Shown one piece after another: positions 48,196 to 58,202 of a stretch of 64,000 nucleotides of DNA. A model generated the notes under the pieces. It did not search any database. It worked only from the letters and a program-made list of their open reading frames with translations, and had not been told where the DNA came from. The stretch's first letter is position 1. The number at the start of each line of letters is the position of its first letter. A program made the position numbers and the translations under genes. The stretch is from Trueperaceae bacterium (GTDB taxonomy: Bacteria; Deinococcota; Deinococci; Deinococcales; Trueperaceae): the NCBI GenBank assembly GCA_965213705.1, contig OZ243913.1:1536001-1600000 (forward strand), in the 5' to 3' direction.

Positions 48196-48464
48196 GGGCT
48201 TTACCAGGTGATTTATGACCGTCTCCGAACGTTAAAAGGCGCGTTGCCGCAGCGTCGTAGCGGTCCTGCCGAAAAAAGCTGAGGTTCAATCATCCAAGGC
48301 TCACTTCTCGTCGTTGATAACTGAGGCGTAACGGGTCCCGGCTTGCTGTGACAAACTCAAATCACCTATGACTCCAAAGTTTACTCGAGTCCGGCAAAAA
48401 TGGCTGTGAGCCGCCCACTGCAGGGACGCTGCCCGATGTTTCTACAAGTCACAAGCTACGAGCC

Positions 48465-48686
48465 CTACTCCGCAACCTTCCGCAGCGAAAAACTCACCCG
48501 GATGTCGTCGCTGTTTTCCTCGGGATAATTCTGGTCCATCGCGGCGACCCGGTAGCGCGCTCCTTGCCACTCGACGACGCCGTCTTTGGCTAAGAAAGCT
48601 TTTTCGAACGTTTCATACTGCGCCTCGCTGAGTTCGTCGCCTTGTACTTCTAAATGCTCGTTTTGAGTAAGATCATCTTGAATCAT
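48465..48686 (-). CDS. Small acidic hypothetical protein
   Basis: Leaderless TAAACT 6 nt before ATG 48686. Confidence 0.6.
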   Translation of the reverse strand: MIQDDLTQNEHLEVQGDELSEAQYETFEKAFLAKDGVVEWQGARYRVAAMDQNYPEENSDDIRVSFSLRKVAE

Positions 48687-48774
48687 GCTCACAGTTTAGC
48701 CTTAAAAGTTTGCCGACAACATTTGGATAGACCTTGAGGCCCCCCGCATCTAAACTATAAGTCGGAGTGAAAGC

Positions 48775-49842
48775 ATGACAGCAACCGACTCAACCTCAAA
48801 GACCGAGCAAAACTACTGGCGAGCGGTGACGGCTCGAGATACCACCCACGACGGCAGCTTCGTTTACGCGGTGAAAACAACCGGCATCTACTGCCGCCCC
48901 TCGTGCGCGTCCCGCAAACCCAAGCGGGAAAACGTCACCTTTTTCAGACTGCCCGAACTGGCCGAGCGAGCGGGCTACCGGGCCTGTAAGCGTTGCCGCC
49001 CTACCGACAAACTCGACCCGCAGCTCGAGACCATGCAAGCGCTGTGCCGCTACATCGAAGCGAACAAAGAGCGTTCCCTCACGCTTGTCGAACTCGGGCA
49101 ACAGGTCGGCCTTAGCGCCTCGCACCTGCAGCGCACTTTCAAAAAGACGGTCGGTGTGACGCCGCAGGCCTACCTCGAGGCTTGCCGCCTGAACGCGGTC
49201 AAAGCCGCCCTGCACCAAGGCGACGACATCAGCGGGGCTACCTTTGAAGCGGGTTACGGCTCCTCGAGCGGTCTTTACGGTAAGGCGGACGCCGCCCTCG
49301 GCATGACGCCTAAAACGTACCAACGCAAGGGTGAGCAGGTTGCGATTTATTACGCCGTCACGGATTGTTCTTTGGGGAAACTGCTCGTCGCCGCGACCGA
49401 GAGGGGGATTTGCGCGGTGCGTTTGGGGGATGAGGAAGAGGGGCTCGAGCAAGAACTTTTCGAGGAGTTTGCCAAGGCGGACGTTCGGCGTGACGAGGTG
49501 GCGCTTGCAGATTGGCTTACCGCCGTCTTAGCACACCTGAAAGGCCAAGCCCCGCACCTGGACTTGCCCCTTGACGTGCGTGCGACCGCCTTCCAAAAGC
49601 GCGTGTGGCAGGCGTTGCAAGAAATTCCTTACGGCGAAACGCGCTCTTATGGGCAAGTGGCTGAGGCTATCGGGCAACCGTCGGCAGTGCGGGCAGTGGC
49701 GGGGGCTTGCGCTGCAAACCCGACCGCGCTCGTCGTACCCTGCCACCGGGTCGTGCGGAGTGACGGGAATTTGAGCGGCTACCGCTGGGGCGTGGAGCGA
49801 AAACAAAAGTTGTTAGAGCAAGAGCAAAGTGCCGCCTCGTGA
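48775..49842 (+). CDS. ada: Bifunctional regulator / O6-methylguanine-DNA methyltransferase
   Basis: TTGIYCRPSC, RACKRC, AraC HTH, PCHRV. Confidence 0.95.
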   Translation: MTATDSTSKTEQNYWRAVTARDTTHDGSFVYAVKTTGIYCRPSCASRKPKRENVTFFRLPELAERAGYRACKRCRPTDKLDPQLETMQALCRYIEANKERSLTLVELGQQVGLSASHLQRTFKKTVGVTPQAYLEACRLNAVKAALHQGDDISGATFEAGYGSSSGLYGKADAALGMTPKTYQRKGEQVAIYYAVTDCSLGKLLVAATERGICAVRLGDEEEGLEQELFEEFAKADVRRDEVALADWLTAVLAHLKGQAPHLDLPLDVRATAFQKRVWQALQEIPYGETRSYGQVAEAIGQPSAVRAVAGACAANPTALVVPCHRVVRSDGNLSGYRWGVERKQKLLEQEQSAAS

Positions 49843-49923
49843 CCGTCAGAGGGAAGCGGCTCGTGACTTAACCCCGTCTCGGCGCTGACGCTGTTCCCTT
49901 CGACCCAAGCGTAAGCTCGCCCG

Positions 49924-50850
49924 GTGACTTCCGTTTCCGCTTCGCCCGCTAATCGCCTCGGCGTCGGTCTGGCGCTGCTGGCGCTCTACCTCGTGTGGGG
50001 CTCGACGTATCTTGCCAATACCCTCGCCCTCGAGACCCTTTCGCCCTTTCCGCTGCTGGCTTTTCGCTTTTTGATGGCGGGCGGCTTGCTGTACGGCTTC
50101 TTACGACTGCGCGGCGTGCCGCAGCCGAGCCGCGCCGAGTGGCGGGGTGCAGGACTTACGGGAATCCTGCTCCTCAACTTAGGCCTCGGCATGGTGGTTT
50201 ACGCGCAGCAGTGGGTGGCCTCGAGCTTGGCCGCCGTCATCGTCGCGACCATGCCCCTGTGGCTCGCCCTGTTCGCGCGGCTGTTCGGGGCGCGTACGAG
50301 TTTGGCCGAAGTGTTCGGGATGCTGCTCGGTTTGGTCGGCGTCGCGCTGCTGAACGGGGAGCAGGACTTGCGTGCTCACCCTGGCGCGTTGTTGGTCTTC
50401 GTCGGGCCGGTTGCCTGGGCGTTCGGGTCGGCGTACAGCCGCAAGCTCACGCAGCCCAAGGGTTTGATGGCGAGCGCGGTGCAGATGCTCGCCGCGGGCG
50501 CGGTGTTCGTGCCGCTGGCTTTGCTTCAGGGTGAGCTTTTGCCCAAAACACCGTCTGCTACTTCGCTGTTGGCCCTCGTTTACCTGATTTTTTTCGGCTC
50601 CATCGTCGCTTACAGCGCCTACCTGTACTTGCTCGAGCAGCGCGTGAGTCCGGCCCTGGCGACGAGCTACGCTTACGTCAACCCGGTCGTCGCCGTTTTG
50701 CTGGGCGTGGGTTTGGCGGGGGAGACGGTTAGCGCGAACGGTTACCTGGGCATGGGCGTCATCCTGGCGGGCGTGGTGCTGGTAGTGACTTTAAGGGCGT
50801 GGCAAGGCAAAAAAAGAGGGACCGCAGCGAGCGGCCCCAGCGGCGTCTAA
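49924..50850 (+). CDS. EamA/DMT transporter (YedA-like)
   Basis: YLVWGSTY, SYAYVNPVVAV. Confidence 0.9.
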   Translation: MTSVSASPANRLGVGLALLALYLVWGSTYLANTLALETLSPFPLLAFRFLMAGGLLYGFLRLRGVPQPSRAEWRGAGLTGILLLNLGLGMVVYAQQWVASSLAAVIVATMPLWLALFARLFGARTSLAEVFGMLLGLVGVALLNGEQDLRAHPGALLVFVGPVAWAFGSAYSRKLTQPKGLMASAVQMLAAGAVFVPLALLQGELLPKTPSATSLLALVYLIFFGSIVAYSAYLYLLEQRVSPALATSYAYVNPVVAVLLGVGLAGETVSANGYLGMGVILAGVVLVVTLRAWQGKKRGTAASGPSGV

Positions 50851-50854
50851 CGGT

Positions 50855-51310
50855 TTATTCCGTTTCGGCTGTCACAACCGGGCCGGTCATACCTGCGTGG
50901 ACGGTGCAGCGGTACACAACCAAAGCCGCCGCCAGTTCCGGCGTGACGGTAAAAGTGATGCCGTCGTCCGTCGCCTCAAACATGACGGCTTCGTCCTCCT
51001 CGAAGGTGCCGGGCGAGCCGCCTTGGGTCAACAACCGGGCGTCGTCTTCGCCCCGAAACTCGAAGGGATGAACCTCGCTGTTCACGTTGCTCAGGTCGAA
51101 GTGATAGCGCGTTCCGACCGTGAGGGTGAGGGTCGGGTTGTCGGCCTCGACTGCAACTTCGGCGTCGGCGGCGGTCACTTTCCAGGCGCTCGCGCCGACA
51201 TTTTGCAGGGTGACGTTCACGATTTCGTCGCTCGTTTCGGTTTGGGCGCAGGCCGAGGTGAGCGTGACCAAGACGACGAGTAAAATGGGCAGGACTTTTT
51301 TGATGTTCAT
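50855..51310 (-). CDS. Exported cupredoxin-like (blue copper) protein
   Basis: Signal/lipobox; HPF...YRCTVHAGMTG type-1 Cu ligands. Confidence 0.75.
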   Translation of the reverse strand: MNIKKVLPILLVVLVTLTSACAQTETSDEIVNVTLQNVGASAWKVTAADAEVAVEADNPTLTLTVGTRYHFDLSNVNSEVHPFEFRGEDDARLLTQGGSPGTFEEDEAVMFEATDDGITFTVTPELAAALVVYRCTVHAGMTGPVVTAETE

Positions 51311-51453
51311 GAGGGTCTCCTTGCTCTACCCATACACGCTTGAGCCGAATATGGATGAACTTGAGAAAATCAAAGGTGAAAAATGTGATGCCGCTTCTAT
51401 CAAATAACCTGACTTACATAGTTTTCGTCCGAACCTGTTAAGCTGCTTTCCAC

Positions 51454-52056
51454 ATGAACGATTCTCTACTTCAAACACGAATGCACGGCACGACCATCGT
51501 CGCCGTTCACCGCGACGGTGTCAGCGCCATCGCGGGTGACGGGCAAGTTACTTTAGGCGACACCATCGTTAAAAAGGGCGCGGTCAAGGTGCGCGAACTC
51601 GGCGACGGCAAGGTGCTGGCCGGTTTCGCGGGCGCGACGGCGGACGCGTTTACGCTGCTGGAAAAGTTCGAACAGTACCTCTCGAGCTACAAGGGCAACC
51701 TGCTCCGGTCCGCCGTCGAAACGGTCAAAGAGTGGCGCACCGACAAGATGCTCCGCAACCTTGAAGCGATGATGATTGTGGTCGACAGCGAGCGCGTCCT
51801 CATGCTGTCGGGCGTGGGCGACGTGGTCGCACCCGACAACGCCGTCGCCGCGACGGGCTCGGGCGGGCCGTACGCGCAGGCGGCGGCCTTGGCGCTGCTC
51901 GAGAACACGGACTTCAGCGCCGAAGAAATCGTGCGCAAGGCAATTCAAATTGCCGCCGAAATCGACATTTACACGAGCGGCAACGCGACCGTGTTGACGG
52001 TCGGCGGGGAAGACTTAGACGAAGAAGACTCAACTAAAGAAGAGGTCGAAGCGTGA
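51454..52056 (+). CDS. hslV: ATP-dependent protease peptidase subunit
   Basis: HG|TTIV, GDGQVT, GFAG..ADA, GSGG. Confidence 0.95.
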   Translation: MNDSLLQTRMHGTTIVAVHRDGVSAIAGDGQVTLGDTIVKKGAVKVRELGDGKVLAGFAGATADAFTLLEKFEQYLSSYKGNLLRSAVETVKEWRTDKMLRNLEAMMIVVDSERVLMLSGVGDVVAPDNAVAATGSGGPYAQAAALALLENTDFSAEEIVRKAIQIAAEIDIYTSGNATVLTVGGEDLDEEDSTKEEVEA

Positions 52057-53405
52057 CGGACATTGCAGAGAACACCACCGCTAACAACGCTGGGAACAGT
52101 GCGGAAGCCATCGTCCGCGCCGCCGAGGGCCTGACGCCGCTGCAAATCGTTGAAGAACTCGACAAGCACATCATCGGCCAGCACAAAGCCAAACGGAGCG
52201 TCGCCGTAGCACTCCGCAACCACTACCGCCGCCGCCAACTCCCCGAGGCGCTGCAACTCGAGATAACGCCCAAAAACATCATCATGATAGGCCCGACCGG
52301 GGTCGGCAAGACCGAAATCGCCCGTCGCCTGGCGCGGCTGGCGCGCTCGCCCTTCATCAAAATCGAGGCGACGAAGTTCACCGAGGTCGGCTACGTCGGG
52401 CGCGACGTGGACTCCATCGTCCGCGACCTTGCGCAGGCCGCTTACGTGATGGTCGAGGACGAGAAAAAAGAGGCCGTCAAAGAGCGCGCCGAGCGCAACG
52501 CCGAGGAGCGACTTCTCGACGTGCTGCTGCCCGGCGGCACCACCGAAGGCCGCGACAAGATGCGCGAACTGCTCAAGTCGGGCAAGATGGAAGAGCGCCC
52601 TGTCGAAATCGAGGTCAAGGACGAGCGCCCGAACGCCGGCGTGATGATTCCGGGCATGGAAGAGATGGGCATGAACCTCCAGGACATGCTCTCGAACGTC
52701 ATGCCCAAACGCCGCGTGAAGCGCAAAACGACCGTCAAAGAAGCGCGCAAAGCCCTCCAGGGCGAAGAAGCCGAAAAACTCATCGACTTCGACGAGGTCG
52801 CGCGCGAGGCCGTGTACCGGGCCGAGAACCAGGGCATCGTCTTTATCGACGAAATCGACAAAATCGCCAGCGAGGAGAATTCTCGAGGCGGCGACGTGTC
52901 CGGCGAGGGCGTGCAGCGCGACCTGCTGCCGGTCGTCGAGGGCACGCAGGTCAACACCCGCTACGGCCAGGTCAAGACCGACCACGTGCTGTTCATCGCC
53001 GCGGGCGCGTTCAGTGTCGCCAAACCGTCCGACCTCATCCCCGAACTTCAGGGCCGCTTTCCGATTCGGGTCGAGTTGGAAGAACTCACCGCTTCGGATT
53101 TTCAGCGAATTCTTACCCAAACGCAAAACTCGCTCACCATGCAGTACACCGAGCTCTTAAAAGTTGACGGCACCCACGTCTCCTTCGACGAGTCGGGCAT
53201 CGTCGCGATTGCCGACTACGCCGAGCGCGTCAACCAAGAGGTCGAGGACATCGGCGCGCGGCGGCTCTACACGATTCTCGAGACCATCCTCGAAGACGTG
53301 AGTTTCGGTACGGGTTTGGGCGTGGTCAAGATAGACAAAGCTTACGTGGAGAAAAAGCTCGAGGACATCGTCGAGGACGAGGACTTGAGCCGGTACGTGC
53401 TGTAG
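52053..53405 (+). CDS. hslU: ATP-dependent protease ATPase subunit
   Basis: [25 protein letters not shown]. Confidence 0.97.
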   Translation: MTDIAENTTANNAGNSAEAIVRAAEGLTPLQIVEELDKHIIGQHKAKRSVAVALRNHYRRRQLPEALQLEITPKNIIMIGPTGVGKTEIARRLARLARSPFIKIEATKFTEVGYVGRDVDSIVRDLAQAAYVMVEDEKKEAVKERAERNAEERLLDVLLPGGTTEGRDKMRELLKSGKMEERPVEIEVKDERPNAGVMIPGMEEMGMNLQDMLSNVMPKRRVKRKTTVKEARKALQGEEAEKLIDFDEVAREAVYRAENQGIVFIDEIDKIASEENSRGGDVSGEGVQRDLLPVVEGTQVNTRYGQVKTDHVLFIAAGAFSVAKPSDLIPELQGRFPIRVELEELTASDFQRILTQTQNSLTMQYTELLKVDGTHVSFDESGIVAIADYAERVNQEVEDIGARRLYTILETILEDVSFGTGLGVVKIDKAYVEKKLEDIVEDEDLSRYVL

Positions 53406-53424
53406 GAGGGCGAAACCTACACTT

Positions 53425-53510
53425 GTCTTCCTGAACGTAGCACAGCGAAGTGAAAGAATCTCGTTTTTACCGCACCGTCGAGAGATTCTTTCGCTATCGC
53501 TCAGAATGAC
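53425..53510. repeat. 86-bp palindromic REP/REPIN-like element, copy A
   Basis: GTCTTCCTGAACG...AAAGAATCTC / GAGATTCTTT...CGCTCAGAATGAC. Confidence 0.75.
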
Positions 53511-53590
53511 GTGGAGCGTAATCTATCGAACCCCATTTGAGTCAGGCCAACCCTGAGTTTTTGTAGGGATGAGTGTGCTACAATCTCGCT

Positions 53591-53872
53591 GTGGTCAAAC
53601 GGATTTGCTTACCGCTGATTCTTGCTATCTGCGCAACTTTGCTGGTTAGTTGTGACGTGGATTCTTGGAACCGAAACGAAAACCTAGAAGTTCAGACGCC
53701 TTACCTCATGTATCCACTACCCTACGCCACAGAAGATGGACTCGCGCACCCCTACGCAGCCTGTCCGATAGATACCACGACCGAAGTTGTAACGGCTGAT
53801 TCCAGAACTGTCCAACAGTCTGAATCCAGCGAACTGAGCGAAACCTGCAAGGCGAAACCCGTAAACAGGTAG
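53591..53872 (+). CDS. Small lipoprotein
   Basis: LLVSC lipobox; leaderless TACAAT 6 nt before GTG 53591. Confidence 0.55.
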   Translation: MVKRICLPLILAICATLLVSCDVDSWNRNENLEVQTPYLMYPLPYATEDGLAHPYAACPIDTTTEVVTADSRTVQQSESSELSETCKAKPVNR

Positions 53873-53913
53873 TTTGTAGAGAAAGTTTAGCTTTTTGTAT
53901 AGAGTTACACGTT

Positions 53914-55449
53914 TTAGTGTTCTGTTCCCTCCCAGTGCTGTCTCGCCTTTTCAAACGTCTGCGCGCCCACCTTTCTTCCCAATTCTCGCCCGCGCAGGTC
54001 GCCGTCTTGAAAGTGAATCCCGCCGTAGCGCCGCGACATCCCGGCCTCGGCGGCGGCGGTGCTGAAGGTGGGCCACTGCAGGATGACGGGGGTTTGGGGA
54101 CCGCGTTCAAACCGCAGACTTCCCGCTGGGGCAACGTATTGTCCTAAAAGTTTGCCCGTTTCCGACACGCTCACGCCGTCGTAAAACACATCACTGCCGG
54201 TAAAAAGTTTCAACACCTCGGCCCCCGCCGCGCTAAAGGCGCTGTGCCCCGAGACGTACTCGGGAAAGGCGGGCGTCATGGTGGCGGGTGCTTGGTAAGG
54301 TCGCCAGTCGGCAGCGTCGATGAGCGCCTTACCTTTGTTGGGGCCGCTCCAAGCGTTGAGCTTTTCCCCTTTGTACAAATAGTGAATCGCGCTGACGGGC
54401 CGCACGTAGTCGTAAAAGCGCTTGGCGTCCCAAACCGCTATCCCGGCGTCGAACAGGGCGGCGTTCAGCGTGAAGTAGAGTCTCACGTCGTCGTCCAGGG
54501 TGTGGTGGTCGCGCAGGGAAACGCCGTGGGCGAGCAGGTTCCAGTGGCCGGGCGGGGTTTCAGAGCGGGGGCCATCGGCCCAGTACTCGGCCATGACTTT
54601 TTGCGCGTCGGTGAGCGCGGCGCTGAGTTCTAACACTTCGGCGGTTTGCTCCCGGAAAGCTGCGTCGTTCGTCGTCACCCGGCCGAGCGCGTCGGTGTAG
54701 GGCTTTGATGAACCGAGCTGTGGCGGCGGCGGCGGGCGGAACTGGTCGCCGGACGCCAGCGCGAACCCCTCCACCGCGCCCCACTGCGGGGTCATGAAAC
54801 GCTGATCTTGATAGCTCGTCAGGTCGGTTTCGTCAACAACCGGCCACCCGTCCGCGTCAAGGCGGAGGCCGGTCGGCAGGCGTAGCGGCGTCCAGCGGTT
54901 GGGGTCGTCGCCCGCGTTGTAGTGGTACAGCTTGGGGTAAATAGTTGAAGTCGTGTCCAAAAAGCCGTCCGCGGCGTTGGCCCCGTCGACGGTGCGAAGT
55001 TCCAAGAGGTCTCGAGCCACCCTGTAACCCACGGCCGTCGGTGTATCGACGCCGCTCAAGTAGGGCGCGTAGCCGAGGTCGCTCAGCAGCGCGCTGAACG
55101 CTTTAGATGCAGTTTCGTACTCGGGGAAGAGGGCTAGAAGCGTCGTAAAGGCGGCTTGGCTCAAGGCCTCGGTTTTGTTCGCCTCGGTGTGTTCGGCGGC
55201 AGGGCGTTTGAGCGTGGGGTCGGCGGTGACCGGAGTTGCAGCGTCGTCGTAGAGACTCCAGGCGTCGAACATGGCTTGGTGAAGGATGAAGAGGGAACGT
55301 GTTACCACCGTCACCTTGTGCGACTTCGCGCGCACCGCGTTAAGCGCCGCCTCGTTCCACCTCACGACCACGCTCGGTTGCGTCTGAGCGACGCCGACAC
55401 CTGCAAAACAAAAAAGGCATAGAAGTAAGGCTCGAGTCCAGCGCTTCAT
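53914..55449 (-). CDS. Secreted vanadium-dependent haloperoxidase (PAP2 superfamily)
   Basis: WDAK.FY..VRP, PAFPEYVSGHS, SRRYGGIHF. Confidence 0.85.
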   Translation of the reverse strand: MKRWTRALLLCLFCFAGVGVAQTQPSVVVRWNEAALNAVRAKSHKVTVVTRSLFILHQAMFDAWSLYDDAATPVTADPTLKRPAAEHTEANKTEALSQAAFTTLLALFPEYETASKAFSALLSDLGYAPYLSGVDTPTAVGYRVARDLLELRTVDGANAADGFLDTTSTIYPKLYHYNAGDDPNRWTPLRLPTGLRLDADGWPVVDETDLTSYQDQRFMTPQWGAVEGFALASGDQFRPPPPPQLGSSKPYTDALGRVTTNDAAFREQTAEVLELSAALTDAQKVMAEYWADGPRSETPPGHWNLLAHGVSLRDHHTLDDDVRLYFTLNAALFDAGIAVWDAKRFYDYVRPVSAIHYLYKGEKLNAWSGPNKGKALIDAADWRPYQAPATMTPAFPEYVSGHSAFSAAGAEVLKLFTGSDVFYDGVSVSETGKLLGQYVAPAGSLRFERGPQTPVILQWPTFSTAAAEAGMSRRYGGIHFQDGDLRGRELGRKVGAQTFEKARQHWEGTEH

Positions 55450-55476
55450 GCGTTCAAAGTATAAAACCTTCTCGAC

Positions 55477-57888
55477 TCAAGCGGCTTCATCAATCACTTT
55501 GACTTCGTAATCCTGGCCCTCCCACTTCTCCTCGTCCAGCCAGTAAAAGGTGAAGCGAACTGAACCTTGTTGGTCTTCGGCTAGGTCCAAGTCCACGTAC
55601 TCGAGGCCCACGGCAGTTTCTTCCGAGCGGGTATCCTCCACGTCCTCCCAGTCGTTCAGGCTCCAGCGCAGCCGGAACGCTTTTGGACACTGGACGCGCA
55701 GGCGGTAGCCGCGTTTGACGGTCGTGGGTTGGCGGTTGGGTTTCCAAATTTCTGTGTTTTGGCACTCATGCTTTTCCACATAGCGTTCATACACCTCGGC
55801 AATGCGGTCGAACACCGCGCCGTCGGCGGCCGAGCGGAGCAGCCTGAGGTATTCGGCGTGCGCCCACATGAGCGGCATCGCGGAGCCGGTCGGCTCGCCC
55901 AAAAACAAGAACTGCTCGGGCCGGTCGGCCTCGTCCCAGACTTGCTCGGGCAATAGTCGGCCGTCGTTGGCGAACCTCTCAAAAGCCTCGATAAACGGTT
56001 TCACGTCCCGCCCAGCCGCGAGTTCGTAGTGGCCGCGCTCGCCGCCGAGTAAGGGCCAGGCGCGGCCCTCGCCCCAACCCTCGTAAGGGCCGCCGTCGGG
56101 GCGCTGGCCGTAGCCGTCGTGGTTGTAGCGGTGCCAGGCGTCGCCCTGGGGGGCCTCGAGCTTGAGAACCTTGTCGATGACTCTGAGCGAGTTTTCCATC
56201 AGTTCGCTCCCCGCCGCCCGCACGCCGTAGCGCACGAGTTCCAAAAAGCCCGCATCGACGATGTCCTTAGCCGGAAACGCGACTTGTGTGCCCGGCGGGC
56301 GGTTGGCGATGTTGACGACGCCTTCGTTCGGGTTTTCGTTTGGGTGCGGACTCCCCGGCTCGGCCGGGGTGATGCGGATGTAGTGTTCGGCGATGTCCGG
56401 GTGCAGCGTGCCGGCATTCGTCACCGTCCAGGCTTCGACGTGGCAGTTTAAAAAGTCGGCGTAGGTTTGGAAGAAACTGGCGGTCTTGGCGTCGCCGCGG
56501 TCACGGGCGAAGTGCGCGGCGCAGGTCAAGGCGGCGATGTTGACGGCGAGGGTCGAAGGGGAGTAACCGCTGTTTTCCTCCCAACGCTCTTGCGGCGTGG
56601 CCGGGCCGTGGCGGACGAGGTAGGCCGCCGCTTTCAAGACCATCGGGTAGGGGTCGAAGTTTTGCAGCGCGTCCAGCGTGTGCAGCCGCCAGGCGAGCAG
56701 GATTGGAAAGGCGACCTCGTCGAGCTGTACGCCCGTCCAATACGGGTCGCCGTCGACCCAAAAGTTCTGGTGAAAACCGCCGTCTTTAAGCTGCGCCACG
56801 GCGATGTAGATAAGGGCGCGCAGCGGCGTGCTCGTGTTGCCAATCGCCAAGAGCCCCATCACGCTCTGCACCAGGTCTCGAGTCCACACGAGGTGGTAGC
56901 CGCCCTCGCCCGCCTCGTCGCCCTTCGCCTGGCCCCAGGGAATGCTGAGCGAGGCGACCATCGCGCCGGGGTAGGTTTTGTCCTCGTGGGCGAGCAGCAG
57001 GCTGTAGGAGCGGTGGTAGAGGGTGCCGTCGTCGCCGGCCACGGCCTCCAGCTCGGGCAGGTGGGCGCAACTGCGCTCCCACTGCCGGACGAAGTCGTCT
57101 TTGTGGTCTTCGAAGGGCAAACTCAGCGACTGAAGCAGCGTCGTCACGACGTTGTGCAGGGTGTGGCCGAAGGAAAGGGCCAGGGTAAAGCTGTCGCCCC
57201 CGCTCAGGTCGATTTCGCCGGTCAACGCGATGTTGCCGTCCTGCACGCAGTCGAAGGAAAAGTCCAGCGCAAAGTTTTCGCTCAGGTCCTGCCAGCCGTC
57301 GTTCTCGCCCACGTAGCCGCAAGAGCAAGCCTTGAAAGGCAGCGAGGCGGCCAGCGCCAAGAAAATATCGTCCTTGTAGGCGACGAACATCTTCCGACCG
57401 GCCTCGACGACCACCTGCGCGCTGTTGCCCTGACCGCCCACGTCTAAGTGCGGTGCGCAGAGGACGAAGAGTTGTAGCTTGCCCCGCAAAGCCTTTTCAA
57501 CCTCGAAACGGGTGTGGATGAGCAGGGTGGGCTCGTGCGGGTCGCTGATAATATCTTTGACGATTTTGTAGCGGCCCTCGGGGTCGCTCGTGGTAATGCG
57601 GAAGCCGAGGGCGTGCTCGTCCAGGATTTCGGTCTGCGCGTTCATGTTGCGGCGTTCGTCGTGGAAGAACGTTTCACCGTCGGTCACCAGAAACTGCAGG
57701 TCGCGCAGTTGCGGCCGGTCGATGGTGGGGTAGTAAACCTCGTTGACGAGTCCGCGGGACAGCGTAGCCCAAATCGTGCTCGAGGTCGAGTAAGCTGTCA
57801 CCACCCCGTCTTTCGCGCCGCGCGTCCACTTCGGCGTGGTGCCGGGGCCGCCGGGGGCGGGGTTGTGGCAGGAACCTAGTCCGTCCAT
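55477..57888 (-). CDS. Glucoamylase / glucan 1,4-alpha-glucosidase (GH15)
   Basis: ASLSIPWG, YHLVW.RD, QLDE, QERWEE, LPEQVW, WAHAEY; GAGG before ATG 57888. Confidence 0.9.
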   Translation of the reverse strand: MDGLGSCHNPAPGGPGTTPKWTRGAKDGVVTAYSTSSTIWATLSRGLVNEVYYPTIDRPQLRDLQFLVTDGETFFHDERRNMNAQTEILDEHALGFRITTSDPEGRYKIVKDIISDPHEPTLLIHTRFEVEKALRGKLQLFVLCAPHLDVGGQGNSAQVVVEAGRKMFVAYKDDIFLALAASLPFKACSCGYVGENDGWQDLSENFALDFSFDCVQDGNIALTGEIDLSGGDSFTLALSFGHTLHNVVTTLLQSLSLPFEDHKDDFVRQWERSCAHLPELEAVAGDDGTLYHRSYSLLLAHEDKTYPGAMVASLSIPWGQAKGDEAGEGGYHLVWTRDLVQSVMGLLAIGNTSTPLRALIYIAVAQLKDGGFHQNFWVDGDPYWTGVQLDEVAFPILLAWRLHTLDALQNFDPYPMVLKAAAYLVRHGPATPQERWEENSGYSPSTLAVNIAALTCAAHFARDRGDAKTASFFQTYADFLNCHVEAWTVTNAGTLHPDIAEHYIRITPAEPGSPHPNENPNEGVVNIANRPPGTQVAFPAKDIVDAGFLELVRYGVRAAGSELMENSLRVIDKVLKLEAPQGDAWHRYNHDGYGQRPDGGPYEGWGEGRAWPLLGGERGHYELAAGRDVKPFIEAFERFANDGRLLPEQVWDEADRPEQFLFLGEPTGSAMPLMWAHAEYLRLLRSAADGAVFDRIAEVYERYVEKHECQNTEIWKPNRQPTTVKRGYRLRVQCPKAFRLRWSLNDWEDVEDTRSEETAVGLEYVDLDLAEDQQGSVRFTFYWLDEEKWEGQDYEVKVIDEAA

Positions 57889-58076
57889 GTTGTCCTCTCT
57901 TGACGTTGCGATAAAGTTTGAAGAGGTGCGTGCCTCGTCTTCTTGCCCCATTAAACCCTTGCCGTCAAGCGGTTGACAGTCGGGTGAAGCAAGGTTAGGA
58001 AAAAGTACCGAGGCCCGAGTAGAAAGTACCGAGTTGCAGAGGGAAGTTTGAAAGTTCTCGAGCCTTAGACAAACTC

Positions 58077-58162
58077 GTCGTTCTGAACGCAGCGCAGCGA
58101 AGTGAAAGAATCTCGCTTTCACCGTACCGCCGGGAAATTCTTTCGCTACCGCTCAGGATGAC
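58077..58162. repeat. 86-bp palindromic REP/REPIN-like element, copy B
   Basis: Same length as and highly similar to 53425-53510. Confidence 0.75.
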
Positions 58163-58202
58163 GGGAGTGGGTGCTCGAGCGCGTCCGCTGTCCCCCACCC
58201 TC

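Noticed and set aside
57889..58122. N-terminal extension of the glucoamylase in the ORF track
   Set aside because: Runs through the REP-like element; an SD-supported ATG exists at 57888
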